A DNA stretch of 64,000 bases from Octopus vulgaris (GCA_951406725.2 OX597819.1:74586001-74650000); one strand, 5' to 3'; numbered from the stretch's first letter, positions 14,792 to 27,475 are shown. A program made the numbers and translations. Notes: a model not told the origin generated them from the letters alone.

Positions 14792-14948
14792 ATGGGCTTC
14801 TTTCAGTTTCCATCTACTAGATCCACCCACAAGACTTTGGTTGACCTGAGGCTATAGTAGCAGACACTTGCCAAAGATGCCACACAGTGAGACTGAACTT
14901 GAAACCATGTGGTTGGGAAGCAAACTTCTTACCTTACAGCCATACCTG
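14578..14948 (-). mobile_element. Family B SINE, near full length
   Basis: Tail TTACTTGTTTCAGTC, central (CA)n(TA)n, head AACCATGTGGTTGGGAAGCAAACTTCTTACC. Confidence 0.85.
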
Positions 14949-15544
14949 TGTATGTGTGTGTGAGTCTGCGTATATGTATGAGTGTGTGAGGGGGAGGGTG
15001 TGGTTGAGTATGTTGGTGTGTGTGCATGAGTGGAGATTGAAGGTATGTGTGTGGTGGAGAAGAGGTGTAAGAGAAGGAAAAGATTATGGAAGAAGCAGAG
15101 AGGGAGAGAGAGAGGAGAAGGTGAAGAAATGGAGAAAGAGGGGAACAAGAGATGGAGAGTTAGAAAGGAAGAGAAAGAAACAGATGATGAGGAGAGAAAA
15201 ATCAAAAAAGGGAAAAAGTGTGTGTGTGTGTGTGTGAGCGTGTGCTGGTGCAGGTGGAGGGGGGATAAAACAGTATGCAGAATAATAGGGAGGGGGAAGA
15301 GGTGGGCAATGAGAAGGAGAAGAGGGAGTAGAAAAAGTGGTGCTGTGCAGAGGCGTCAGGGTTTGGATGAGGAGGAGGAGGAGGAGGAGGAGGAGACCGT
15401 TTGGGAGGGGTGTTGGCGATGTGGGGAGGGGTGATCAGATTAAAAAAAGCAGCAGGTTAGAAAGCAGAGTAATTAGTCAGGTATGTTTCTGCTTGAGCGG
15501 AGAAGCACAAAGGGACAATTTGGGGGAGCCACAACAACAACAAC

Positions 15545-15995
15545 AATCCTTTCTTCTAAAGGCACAAGGCCTGAAATTTGGTGGAGGAGAAGGTAGTCAA
15601 TAACATCAACCCCAGTGCTCAACTGGTGCTTACTTCATGGACCCCAAAACGGTGATAGGCAAAGTCAATGTCAGAAGGATTTGAACTCAGAACAGAAAGC
15701 CAGATGAAATACTTCTAAGCATTTTGCTCACTGTGCTAACAGTTCTGCCAGATCGCTGCCTTAATAATGATAATAATAATAATAATCTTTTCTACTCAAG
15801 GTAAAAGGCCAGAAATTTTGGAGGAGGGGCCACTTGATTAGATCGGTCCCAGTATGCAACTGGTACTTAATTTATCAAACCCCGAAAGGATGAAAGGCAA
15901 AGTTGACCATGACAGAATTTGAACTCAGAATATAAAGACAGACAAAACACCTTAAGCTTTTCACCAGGAATGCTAACAACAGTGCCAGATCAGCA
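15545..15995 (-). mobile_element. Two tandem family C SINEs separated by (TAA)n
   Basis: Two copies of ATCC/TTTTCT...AAGGCC...GGATGAAAGGCAAAG...ATTTGAACTCAGAA. Confidence 0.85.
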
Positions 15996-16169
15996 GTATA
16001 ACAATAATGTTAAGGAGGAGAGGGATGATGATGATGAGAAGAAGAAGAAGAAGAAGAAGAATTCTTTTTATTTGCCCAAGCTCTAAATAATTTTTTCTCA
16101 GATTTCATTTATATGTATAATGAGGATGATGATGATGATGATGGACTCATCCATTGATGATGATGTGTG

Positions 16170-16432
16170 AGTGTTCAGCTCTTTTGCCAAATGACCTGCA
16201 CAAACAATTTCTTTATTGTGATCAAATGTATGTGCCGTACATGAGCTCACTCTCTCCATCAAATCAATATTACCTGAACAGGTGCACGGTGTGCCACATG
16301 TCAGGTGTCAAAGTGATCGCAGAGCAGCACGAGATGACATGTTTTGCTGAAGAATACAGTGCATCACCCGGTCAAGGAATTGAAACCACGATCTCATGAT
16401 CAGGAGTGTAACACCCTAGGCCATGCACACTC
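16170..16432 (-). mobile_element. tRNA-headed SINE related to family D (different tail)
   Basis: Minus strand GCATGGCCTAGGGTG...GTGGTTTCAATTCC B-box-like, followed by TGTATTCTTCAGCAAAACA. Confidence 0.55.
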
Positions 16433-16457
16433 ATAAGAACAATACTACTACTACTAC

Positions 16458-16524
<67 letters not shown>

Positions 16525-16724
16525 CCTTTCTACCCTAGGCACAAAGCCTGAAATTTGTGGGAGGGGACAAGTTGATTACATCAACCCCAGTATGCAACTG
16601 GTACTTTCTATCTATCTACCTATGTATCTACCTTTCCACATATCTATGTACCTTTCTATCTACCTTTCTAGCAATCTATCTACCTGTCTGTCTACCTTTC
16701 TACCTATCCATTTTTATCTCTTCT

Positions 16725-17062
16725 TTTCCCTTCTACTCGTTTCATGCTCAGCCATTTTGCCTTCAAGAAGTTTTGATCAAATGAATCAACCCCACTACTT
16801 AGTTTTTTAAAGCTTTGTACATTATTCTATTAGTCTCTTTTGATGAACCGTTAAGTTATGGATAAATACACACACACACCCACACACGCATGCACACATA
16901 TGCATACATACGACAGGCTCCTTTCAGTTTTCATCTACCAAATCCACTCACAAGGCTTTCTATAGTAGAAGACACTTGCCCAAGGTGACACACAGTGGGA
17001 CTGAACTTGGAACTATGTGGCTGGGAAGCAAGCTTCTTACCACACAGCCGCTCCTGCACCTA
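16725..17062 (-). mobile_element. Family B SINE
   Basis: CCAAATCCACTCACAAGGCTT...GACACTTGCCCAAGGTG...CTTCTTACCACACAGCCGCTCCTGCACCT. Confidence 0.8.
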
Positions 17063-17319
17063 CATTGTTAAGTTTTATATTCAAGATGGAGATGCAATCA
17101 TTGCAGGTTAAAGGAGCAATGTATAAGCTGCATATCAGCCTTCATCGAGCAGACCTATGATCCAAAATCTGTGACCATCCAGCCTGTCTTTCATCTTTTC
17201 AGTTACAAGTATCTCAAGGACTACAACATCCACTGCATCCTTTAAGAGGGCCCTTGTTGATTCATAACTTGTGTTAATCAATTGCATATACCTCAGTTTA
17301 GTAATATATTACTGGTACT

Positions 17320-17538
17320 GAGGTGGCAAGATGGAGGAATTGTTAGCATGCCAGGTAAAATGCTTGGGAGCATTTTGCCCATCTTTACACTCTGAGTTCA
17401 AATTCCACCAACGCTGACTCTGTCTTTCATCCTTTCGGGTTGATAAAACTAGTACCAGTCATGCACTGGGAATCAATGTAATCAACCAGCGTCCTTCTCC
17501 AAAATTGCTGGCCTTATGCAGAAATTTGAAACCAATAT
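17320..17538 (+). mobile_element. Family C SINE
   Basis: GAGTTCAAATTCC B-box; TCTTTCATCCTTTCGGGTTGATAAAACTAGTACCAG core. Confidence 0.8.
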
Positions 17539-17544
17539 CATTAT

Positions 17545-17900
17545 CATCATCATTTAACATCCGCTTTCCATGCTAGCATGGGTTGGACGATTTGACTGAG
17601 GTCTGGCAAACCAGATGGCTGCACCACACTCCAATCTGATCTGGTAGAGTTTCTACAGCTGGATGCCCTTCCTAATGCCAACCACTCAGAGTGTAGTGGG
17701 TGCTTTTACGTGCCACTGGCACGAGGGCCAGTCAGGTGGTACTGGCAATGGCCACGCTCAAATGCTGCTTTTTATGTGCCACCTGCACAGGAGCCAGTCA
17801 AGCGGCACAGGCAACAACCTCACTCAATGTCTTTTCACTTGCCTCCAGCACAAGTGCCAGTAAGGCGACACAGATAACGATCACGCTCGAATGGTGCTTG
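17545..17900 (-). mobile_element. Family A retroposon 3' end with internal sub-repeats
   Basis: GGATGCCCTTCCTAATGCCAACC plus repeated GCTTTT(T)A(C/T)GTGCCAC units. Confidence 0.85.
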
Positions 17901-19321
17901 GGATAAAGGGTTAAGTCAATTCTAGAAGGATTTGAACTCAGAATAACTAAAACTAAAACTGTTTCAAGGGATTAATTTCATGCCCCTCCACCCGCCCCCT
18001 AAATTACACAATAAGTCATAGCTCTGACCATCAATTCAGTAGGACTCCATCAGTTGAGGAGATGAACCATTCGTATTTGAGTATTAGTTGGTTCTTTGCT
18101 AAGCTGAGAAACAAGACATTGTTTACCTCATTGTACAAGATAAAAGGTGTCATTCATTGCTGTAAGGCAGAGGGAGAACTGCATAACAAGTTTAAAGCAA
18201 AGGCCACTCCTTTTACATGACTGATATTGCACATTCCAAAAAGGGATCATTCCCACCCTTACTTCACAATAGGGTAGCTGACATTAAAAGGTGCGTACAG
18301 ATGCAAATTATGACTTGCCAATAATTCATAAAAATATCAATGTTTACAAACCTGCCCAACCCAAACAAGAAAGGAAAAAAAAAAGAACAGAATAAAATAA
18401 AAGAAACTTGAGGAAACTCATTGTTTTCTTAGAAAATGGTTGATTGCTTACATCCATTTGGTTTACAGTGAAGGGTGATGTGGGGGAGGGCATTCACAAC
18501 AGGCATCCCAAAATCTCTCAACTGAAGAAGAACAAGGACAATAGTTTAAAAGAAACATCTATTTCATTTCATTTTGGCTTGTTTTCTGTCAATTATTTCA
18601 ATGGGTTGTGGTTGAGACAAGAGACACTTTCATATCTCTAGCTTCAGGGTTCAATTCCTTCTCCAGTGAACCTTAATTTGTTTGTTTTGTTTTATGCCCA
18701 CATCTACCTCTGCCAACACAGATTGGCCATAAATATTATTGTGGCTCCCATATTACTATAAACATTCCTGAGAGGTCAGAGCTCACCTACACACCAATGC
18801 ATTTATAAAGGAGAGAAACCACATCTCTTTGATATCTGGGGTAAATCATTCTAAAAACAATAGCTTATAATATGTTTTCATATTCGTAAATTAGGGCCAA
18901 CGCATCAATGTAAAACCTCATTTTATGAAAGAAATATCTATCTATCTATCTATCTATCATGCTAGCTTGTGAACAATGTTTCAAGCATAAAACACCACAG
19001 GTGACAAACAGTGTCTCAAGTAATGAACATGCAAACTGGCACTAATGGTTCATGACAAGCTGAGAGCACCAGCAGGAGGAGAGCCATCAGTTGCTGTCCA
19101 GTTTTTGCCCAGTGCACATCCCTGCTTGAAATCACCATGATTTCCCTTGGATTTCTTACAAGGGGAAAAATAGTTTCAGTTTACAAACATTTTGTGTGAT
19201 GAATAACTTTCAGGAACAAATCAAATTCATAAAATCAAGGTTCCACTCTCTATAAAAATCTATTCACACAGGAAAGACATGACAATGTGACAATAACCTT
19301 CCAGAGGACAGACATTAATAA

Positions 19322-19543
19322 CCCTTTCGTTACCAACCCAGCTGAAACCAGCTCTGGCCCTGAATACAAATGTCTTGTTTTCCTAAGTTTTGAATTAAAA
19401 TCCTCCACCAAACCTTAGTCACAATTTATGTTCTTAACACTAGCTGAATGATAACTAAGTTATTTTACTAAATTCTTTGTTATATTTAAAGTAATTCAAA
19501 GAAACACACAACATCTCAACAGAAAAATATGGTAACGAAAGGG
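19322..19543. mobile_element. piggyBac-like MITE
   Basis: 14-bp perfect TIR CCCTTTCGTTACCA / TGGTAACGAAAGGG; flanks ATAA and TTAA (TTAA target); same TIR at ~8503 and decayed at ~30757. Confidence 0.85.
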
Positions 19544-20481
19544 TTAAATGGTGATGATCACGACGATGACAATAATGAAGATTTATATATAATCTTTAAC
19601 ATTCTTATTTGTTTCGGTCATTGAAGCGTGATCATGCTGGGGCAACACCTTGAAGGGTTTTAGTCAACCAAACCAAGCCTCTTATGTCTTCTTTTGGTCT
19701 CCACTCACAAGGCTTTGGTCAGCTCAAGGCTACAGCAGAACATGCTTGCCCAACGGACTACTATGTGCTTAGAAAGCAAACTTCACTACACAGCCATGCT
19801 TGCACCTATATATATATATATGTATCTTTACCTTTTTACTTGTTTCAGTCATTAGGCTGTGGCCAAGCTGGGACACTGCCTTGAGAAATTTTTAGTCAAA
19901 TAAATTGACCTTAGTACTTGTGAAGCCAAAATCCTAACCACTAACTCATATGATTTCCTCTGCAATGGTGTGGGTGTGTGTGCATGTGTGTGTGTGTGTG
20001 TGCAGTTTGGCCTTACCTGGTTCCTTTTTCTCATTGATACACTCATGTACCAAATTTCCCAAGATGGGTTCATTCTAAGTTGCTTATGCCATACCCTCTG
20101 CAACGTTGCACCTACTAACTGGCACTTTACATATAAACTTTCACCCCAGTAACAGGAACAACACCTCCAAACCCACCACTGAAGTTCTATGGAAACATAA
20201 TATGAACTACTGCCTAAATATTATCTTTCCTGTAAAAACTCCTCCTGAGAACGACAATATTCACCTATCCACCATTGGATGAAATCACATGGATCTTACA
20301 TGACGGGGATTCTGTATCTTATTTCCCCCTCTTTTGCCCAAATCATTATACTATGATGTAATTCACTTGTATTCTTGTGTTTGTTCCTATTCTTTTTCTA
20401 CTCTATTTTTAAAAAGACAAACACACTGTAGCTATTATTAACTGACTTTTATATGTATTAGCTCCCACCAACCACTTTGAC

Positions 20482-20604
20482 CCTCTGAAGAAGCCTAGGG
20501 GCATATTCCTTATCCAAGCCTTATCTGCCCATCCCTGCGTGACACTGAAGAGATGGAGATAACCAGGAAGGTCTCGTTGCCTCTTGGCAGAAACGGCCGT
20601 AAGG
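20482..20604 (+). ncRNA. Type I hammerhead ribozyme motif with enlarged stem II
   Basis: CCT-CTGAAGA-AGCCTAGGGGCA...TGCCTCTTGGCA-GAAAC-GGCC-GTA-AGG; stem I CCT/AGG, palindromic stem III ACGGCCGT. Confidence 0.65.
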
Positions 20605-20853
20605 AACTAGCACCTGCACACCCATTTTGGTTTTATTGACAATCTGTTCGTTTGCTCCATTGATCACTTGTATCTATATGCTTATATGCTTCCACACCCT
20701 TGTTTATGCAATCACCAACTTTTTCTACTTGATAATCTGTACCACTAATACATGTGTGTGGATTCATCCAATACATTTGAATAAATAGACATGCTGGAAT
20801 GTTTACTGGCTGGTGTCTGTCGATTTTGTATCGTCTCTACTATATTATTTGCA

Positions 20854-20900
<47 letters not shown>

Positions 20901-20914
20901 TAAATATATATATA

Positions 20915-21140
20915 TATGTGTGTGTGTATGCATTTGTGTGTCTGTGTTTGTCTCCCCAACCATCACTTGACAACCGATGATGGTGTGTTTACATCCCCAT
21001 TACTTGGCGGTTCGGCAAAAGAGACCGATAGAATAAGTACTAGGCTTACAAAGAATATGTCCTGGGGTCGATTTGTTTGACTAAAAGCGGTGCTCCAGCA
21101 TGGCCGCAGTCAAATGACTGAAACAAGTAAAAAGAATAGA
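20915..21140 (+). mobile_element. Family B SINE 3' half
   Basis: TTGACAACCGATG...GGCAAAAGAGACCGATAGAATAAGTACTAGG...CCAGCATGGCCGCAGTCAAATGACTGAAACAAGTAAAA. Confidence 0.9.
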
Positions 21141-21477
21141 AAGAATATACACATATATACATGTATATACAGACAGACAGATAGATAGATAAAGAGAGAG
21201 AGAATGAGAGAGAGAGAGAGAGGTGTGTAATGCTAAACTCATCAGACAGACATCATTTTTGGAGTGTGTGACCTCACTTTGAAAAAAACTCTGCTTATTA
21301 GAGTCGTATATTTAGCCACCATAAAGTCAGGTGTGTATGTGTGTGTGTGTGTGATTTTATTTATTTACTTATTTTTTTAAGCAATAAGAATGCAAAGACA
21401 AACACCATAGTTAGGTTAGCCAAAAGTAGACCAGTTTGACAAGAAATTTTATTTCGTGTTTTATATGTGTGCATATA

Positions 21478-21558
<81 letters not shown>

Positions 21559-21861
21559 TATTTATTTATTTATTTTACTCATTTATTTATACTCTTCACT
21601 GGATGCAAACAGATAAGGACTTACTTACTATTATTGTTGTTAGCTTTACTTAGAGACGAAGAAGGTTTCATGGCAAACATTAGCTTAGTAACTGGTTGTG
21701 TTTAGTGAGTAACTAGTGTTTACTTGTATTTCTTTGTGTTTATACATTCATACATATGTATGCATGTTGCTGTTAGCTGCAGTTGTTAGCAAGTGGATCT
21801 CTCTCTCTCCCTCCCTCTCCCCCCCCACATACATACACACACACACATATATTTATAAGCA

Positions 21862-22140
21862 TAACTGTGTGCTAAGAAACTTGCTTCCCAACCACATGGT
21901 CCCAGGTTCAGTCCTACTGCATGGTACCTTGGAGCAAGTGTCTTCTTTTATAGCCTCAGTTCAACCAAAGCCTTGAGGGTGGATTTGGTAAATGGAATCT
22001 AAAAGCTCATTGTACATGTGTGTGTGTTTGTGTTTGTCCCCACCACCAACACTTAACAACTGGTGTTGGTGTGTTTACTAAAATTCTTGAAGGTGGTGCC
22101 CCAGCATGGCCACAGTTTAAAAACTGAAACAAGTAAAAAA
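21862..22140 (+). mobile_element. Family B SINE (internally deleted)
   Basis: CTTCCCAACCACATGG...GGTTCAGTCC head; CCAGCATGGCCACAG...CTGAAACAAGTAAA tail. Confidence 0.8.
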
Positions 22141-22456
22141 CAAAAGATAAAAAAAATACCAAGAGTGGAAAACAAAAAACAGATATGGAATCAGTGTCTA
22201 AAGCCCCATTACAGAGAAAGTTAATTTAATCTTGATGAAAAAAAAAGACTATATTTTTGAATTAATTTTATGATTTCTAAATTACCATTTGTGGACAGAA
22301 CAATGGGAATCAAAACAACAAAGAATGAAATTAGTTTTAATATTTTCTGACATATTTTAATGTGGCTATGTTGATCACAGTTGTAGTTTCATCTTCAGAG
22401 AACTTCTCCCTCTAGATGTGAACTCACAACACCCACAATTCATAGACTAAGGGGGT

Positions 22457-22505
22457 CTTTGAGATACTGCAGTGTTTCAACCTGGTTGTATCTCTTCAGT
22501 CAAAG
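22457..22505 (-). ncRNA. Type I hammerhead motif, copy 1 of tandem pair
   Basis: Minus strand CTTTGA-CTGAAGA-GATACAACCAGGTT-GAAAC-ACTGCAGT-ATC-TCAAAG; 6-bp stem I, palindromic stem III, weak stem II. Confidence 0.7.
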
Positions 22506-22702
22506 CTACCTTCAGATCAATGAATCTAAACAGGAATATGTGGTCCTTGTTTATAGAATTCAGCAAACAAATCATTGATGCATGCTGAATTGGTAATAAA
22601 TTCTTATGCGCATGTAGAACTCAAAGCAAAGGCATCTTTGAATATAACTATCTCTTTGAGATGATGCGTGATCACAACAATCAATTCATGGACTTGGTGG
22701 AT

Positions 22703-22751
22703 CTTTGAGACACTGCAGTGTTTCAATCTAGTTCTGTTTCTTCAGTCAATG
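22703..22751 (-). ncRNA. Type I hammerhead motif, copy 2 of tandem pair
   Basis: Minus strand CATTGA-CTGAAGA-AACAGAACTAGATT-GAAAC-ACTGCAGT-GTC-TCAAAG; GUC cleavage triplet, weak stem II. Confidence 0.7.
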
Positions 22752-22954
22752 CTAACCCTAGATCAATGAAACAAGAATGAAGGCTCCAATAACATAATAC
22801 AACAGTGATTAGTACATTCATGTTCAAATCTACTGCAATGTATTAAGAATGGATGGATATGTCATTGTTATGATAACTGCTATCTGCTCCTTCACTGTAC
22901 AGGGTTCCATGTATCTCTAATAGTAGTTGCAGCACATGAGGAAAAATTTTCCTC

Positions 22955-23430
22955 CTCATTCATTGGACAATAAACTTTGTTTGCGAAGACCTATTGAGGC
23001 AAGTGAAATCAAAATCAAAATCGCTGACATGGCCGATGACAGTACCACCTGATTGGCACTCATGCCAGTGGAACATTAAAAGCACATCCGAGCGTGATCA
23101 TTACCAGGGCCACAGACTGGTTCCCATGCCGGTGGTACATAAAAAGCACCATTCCAGCGTGATCATCGTCTTACTGGCACATATGCCAGTGGTACATGAA
23201 AATCAACATTCAAGCATGGTCGTTGCCAGTGCTGCCGGACTGGCCCTCATGCCGGTGGCACGTAAAAGCACTCACTACCTTCTCGGAGTGGTTGGTATTA
23301 GGAAGGGCATCCAGCTGTAGAAGCTTTGGCAGATCAGATTGAGCCTGGTACAGCCTCTGGCTCACCACTCCTCAGTCCAACCCATGCCAGCATGGAAAGC
23401 AGACGTTAAACAACGATGATGATGATGATG
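22955..23430 (+). mobile_element. Family A retroposon, long 3' part with 4-5 internal GCC(A/G)GTGG(C/T)AC sub-repeats
   Basis: Ends GGAAGGGCATCCAGCTGTAG...GACGTTAAACAACGATGATG. Confidence 0.85.
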
Positions 23431-23727
23431 TGATACTATGGAAAAAACATTGCAAGAGGCAAAAGGCCTGGAAAGTCTCCACAAAAGGATAATAGTGATA
23501 TTGGTTATAAACCATTATAATCACTAACAGCAATCAAAGTGGTTATCCTTATAGCCATGGAGAGGTAAATGTGGCAATAGCTGTACTACTACTACTACTA
23601 CTACTACAACTACAACTACTGGTGCTGCTACCACCATTCACTCAAAATGTCAATGATGACACTGCAAAAAGTTATCCAAAAACCAAGCCTATATTAAATG
23701 AGTGTGTGCGCATTGTACGTATTGTTA

Positions 23728-24095
23728 ATCTTTTACTTGTTTCAGTCATTTGACTGCGGCCATGCTGGAGCACAAACTTTTTGTTGTACAAATCGACTGC
23801 AGGACTTACTCTTTGTAAGCCTGGTACTTATTCAATCAGTCTCTTTTGCTGAACTGTTAAGTTACGAGAGACGTAAACACACCAACATTGGTTGTCAAGC
23901 AATGGAGGTAGGAGAACAAACACAGACACAAACACACACACACACGTATATATACACGACAGGCTTCTTTCAGTGTCCATCTACCAAATCCACTCACAAG
24001 GCTTTGGTTGGGCTGAGGCTATTGTAGAAGCCATTTGCCTGAGGTGCCATGTGGTAGGAAAGCAAGCTTCTTACCACACAACCACGCTCTGCACC
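23728..24095 (-). mobile_element. Family B SINE
   Basis: CTTTTACTTGTTTCAGTCATTTGACTGCGGCCATGCTGG...CTTCTTACCACACAACC. Confidence 0.85.
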
Positions 24096-24180
24096 TATGT
24101 ATATGCATGAATATGTTACCTACATTTTACAATTGCTTCTCCACATATAATATATATGCGTGCGCATGCGTGTGTGTGGA

Positions 24181-24400
24181 CAAGGGGTAGGGCTGAAAAG
24201 TTCCTGGGTTTGGGTGAAAGAAAATACAGGAGGATCAGTTAATCATGATTTTATCCAACATATTCCCCTCTCAGATTTACACATTTATTGCAGTGATCCT
24301 TCAGTTTCTTCTAAGCTCTGTAAAAGAACTTGGAAGATTGGGCCTCCAACCAAGCCTTTCGCAAGACCCTTAAAGTCAGAAAATTTTCAACAGCCCCCGG
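24181..24400. mobile_element. Tc1/mariner-like MITE
   Basis: Imperfect TIRs CAAGGGGTAGGGCTGAAAAGTTCCTGGGTTT / AAAGTCAGAAAATTTTCAACAGCCCCCGG followed by TA. Confidence 0.6.
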
Positions 24401-25492
24401 TATGTATGTATGTGTGTGTGTGTATACACACACACACACACAAATATTGATAGATATACACATAAACATGTGAGAAAAAGGAAAGGAAGGAGAAAATATT
24501 TACCTTTGTGTGAGAGAGAGAGAGCGCATGAGAGACAGAGAGAGAGAAGGAGAATGCAAAGAGAGTTTCACAGGCTTTAACAATGGTTATGTCAGTGCAA
24601 TCAATGGCCAAGATGACCATCCTTGGAACTATAAATACACAGAGAATGCATCGACTGCATCATTTGTCAAAGGAGAGAGGAAGTGCGGGAGGGAAGGGGA
24701 GAAGAATGTGACTAGACTGTTGTCAGGGAGGAGGAGTGGCCACCACAAAAATTAGGGTGGCAACTGCAGGAGGTGAGGTCAGAGGTGGAATACAGCAAAA
24801 AACCCTCCTTCTCTTCTTCCTCCTCCCTGAACCCATTGACATCAGATGGATAAGTTCAAATACCCTGATTATATCCAAACATATCTCAGGAAGGATGGCC
24901 CTGGGCTGAAATGGCTAAAAATAGCTACACAGTTTACAGCAGTTGAAATGCTCTTTTTTCTATTTTTCATATTATGTATGGCTATGCACTATCAGTGATC
25001 AGAAAACTATTTGAAATAAATACACACACACACACACACATGGAGACTAGTTTTTCATTTATACATGTTTCATTAAATACATGATTGCATTCAAGTTTTA
25101 GGTTTTCTATTTTGCATTTCATATATTTTCTTATCATCTTTTTATGGGTTACTTCAAACAAAGTTCCTAAATTCATAATCAACATTTCCAGAACTTCACA
25201 GTCTCATTTTTAAGAATTGACACTACTTGGTGTCAGTGTTGTTTCTTAAGCATTGGCTGAACTGCAGAAATTTGATGAATGAAACTAATGGTCAACTAAT
25301 GTTTGGTGGGAAATTTCTCAAATGTTTTTTTCACCATTAGTTCCATACATCAGCAGTCATGTGTTGATTTGTTTATTGTGGTCAAATTTCTGACCATTAG
25401 GTTTTTTCTGTGTGTGTCAGTAGCCATGTTTTAATTTTTGGATATGTATGTTGTTTACATGTTGACATAAACAATATACCAAATATATTCAA

Positions 25493-26191
25493 CTAGCTGG
25501 CTCTGTGCCATCAAAAATGATGGCTAATTGTAATATTTTATATATAAACAAGGACAAAATATAGAATATGGATGGTAATTCAAATTAGTAAACTTGTTAG
25601 TGTTATCTGGTGGTTGTCTTTTGAGATGTGACATTAATCATTGTTTGTTACCGAAAGAACACTGGTTCACACATATAAACATTCACATACTTCCCTTGTA
25701 CACACTCACACATATACTTACACAGTTGAAATGCTGTTTGATTTTTCTCTTCAGCATTGAATGTTCACCATCCCACTTCCATTGCACACACACACATGCA
25801 TACATACACACATATACTCACAGAGAGTTGAAACACTGTTTGATTTTTCTTTTCAGCATTGAATGTTCACCATCCCACTTCCATTGCACATACACATACA
25901 CACACACACAAACATTTACATGGCTCCCTTTTACATACACACACATCTACTCACTCAGTTGAAATGCTGTTTGATTTTTTTTTTACCATAGAACTTCCAT
26001 TATCCCACTACCAAGTTTTCCATCACCCCTTCGTCCCTTATTCATCTGTCACCCCTTCCTTTCTTATTCATCTATCACCCCTTCCTCCCTTATTCATCTA
26101 TTACCCCTTCCTTCCTTATTCATCTGTCACCCCTTCCTTTCTCATTCATATGTTGTGATGGAGAAATACACAAGAGTATTATTATAGTAGA
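25493..26191 (-). mobile_element. Non-autonomous Helitron
   Basis: Minus strand A|TCTACTATAATAATAC start at 26191; perfect hairpin GCCATCA-AAAA-TGATGGC (25507-25524) 10 nt from terminal CTAG (25493-25496); internal tandem repeats. Confidence 0.75.
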
Positions 26192-26979
26192 TCCTCAGAA
26201 ATGAGACTGAAGTTCTGGAAATGTTGAATATGAATTTAGGAAGATTATTATTCCAAACTAACTGTAAAAGAAAAAAAGAAACTAATAAAAAAAATACAAC
26301 AAGGTTTAAATATGAAATATAAAACTTGAACATAATTGGATATTTAATGAAACCTCTGTGTGTGTGTATGTGTGTGCACGGCTGTGCATGTGTGTGTACC
26401 AGCACGAACACTGGACATTAAATGATGATGATGATGTTTGAAACATCCATGCACACATTCTGACACATCACTCCTCTCAGCCTCTCCTAAAAAGTCAACA
26501 GACAGACATGTTCAAATATGCAAAAAAAAAAAGCCTCCCAAAGAAACCACATTGCGAACGAACCTGACGCTTGACCTCCCCCTTCCACCCATCCACTCAC
26601 CTCCACCACATACTTTACAAACCCTTCTACCTCAAACCCAAACCTATCATCATCATCATCATCGTCGTTTAATTCTGTCCAAGAAGAAAAATGCAAACTA
26701 TTTATCCACTCATGTCATGTGATCAATGGAAGAGGATGTAATATAAGATTTGTTGCTGTTGTTGTTGTCGGTGGTGATGACAGTAATAGTTGAGGGAATG
26801 GTAGAGATGAGGCTAGCGATCCATGGTGGTGGTGGTGGTGATGATGTAGTATCAATGAATGGTAAAGAAATTAATGATGATGATGATGGTGTCAGAGGCA
26901 ATACTGATGACAAAGATGGTGATGCTGGTATTTGATGGCATTGGTGATGGCGTTGATAGCAGTGTCGCCAATAATCTTT

Positions 26980-27345
26980 CCTTTATTGGCCACAAGGGCA
27001 GAACACAAAATATGTGTGAACAATAAAACAATAACAACAAAATTTAAACAATAAAATCCCCAAAAGGCAGTGGGGGTGGGGTTCCACCCAGGGACAACCA
27101 AGGAACCCCACACGTCCTGGTCACCTAGTCCACCAAGCACCTCTCTCTTTTCCGTCCCCTGTGGGATCCAAGTGCATGTTCACAATATTCACCAACCTTT
27201 CAAAGAAAATAGTGAAGCCAGGACAGCACTTCCCTCTCCACCCTCACTTCCCTTTTTAAAAGGAACTTTAAAAAAGTCGATGAGGGCCAAAGAGGGAAGT
27301 ATCTGTCTTCAGTCCTTTCAACCTAATAGCATCAGAAAGTTCTAA
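26980..27345 (-). mobile_element. L1/Tx1-like LINE 3' fragment
   Basis: Minus strand reads RLKGLKTDTS...LIDFFKFLLKREVRVEREVLS across a frameshift, then 3' UTR ending CCCTTGTGGCCAATAAA; homologous piece at 63450-63640. Clade is recalled similarity only. Confidence 0.5.
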
Positions 27346-27475
27346 GAGTGGTGACAATAATAACAAGAGTGAGGAATGAAGAGGAATTTGGAGAGAAGAA
27401 TGGTTGAGTAAAGTCAATGTTTTGGTCTTATGATGTCTGCAGATTTGGCGATTTGATTCTTTAATTCATCCATAC

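Noticed and set aside
22370-22402. Minus-strand CTGAAGA-T-GAAAC without stem II
   Set aside because: No stem II and no valid stem III plus NUH; may be a deleted relic but not supportable
23040-23280. CRISPR-like regularly spaced repeats (GCC(A/G)GTGG...AAAAGCAC)
   Set aside because: Internal sub-repeats of family A retroposon UTR; spacers are homologous to each other; eukaryotic context, no cas genes
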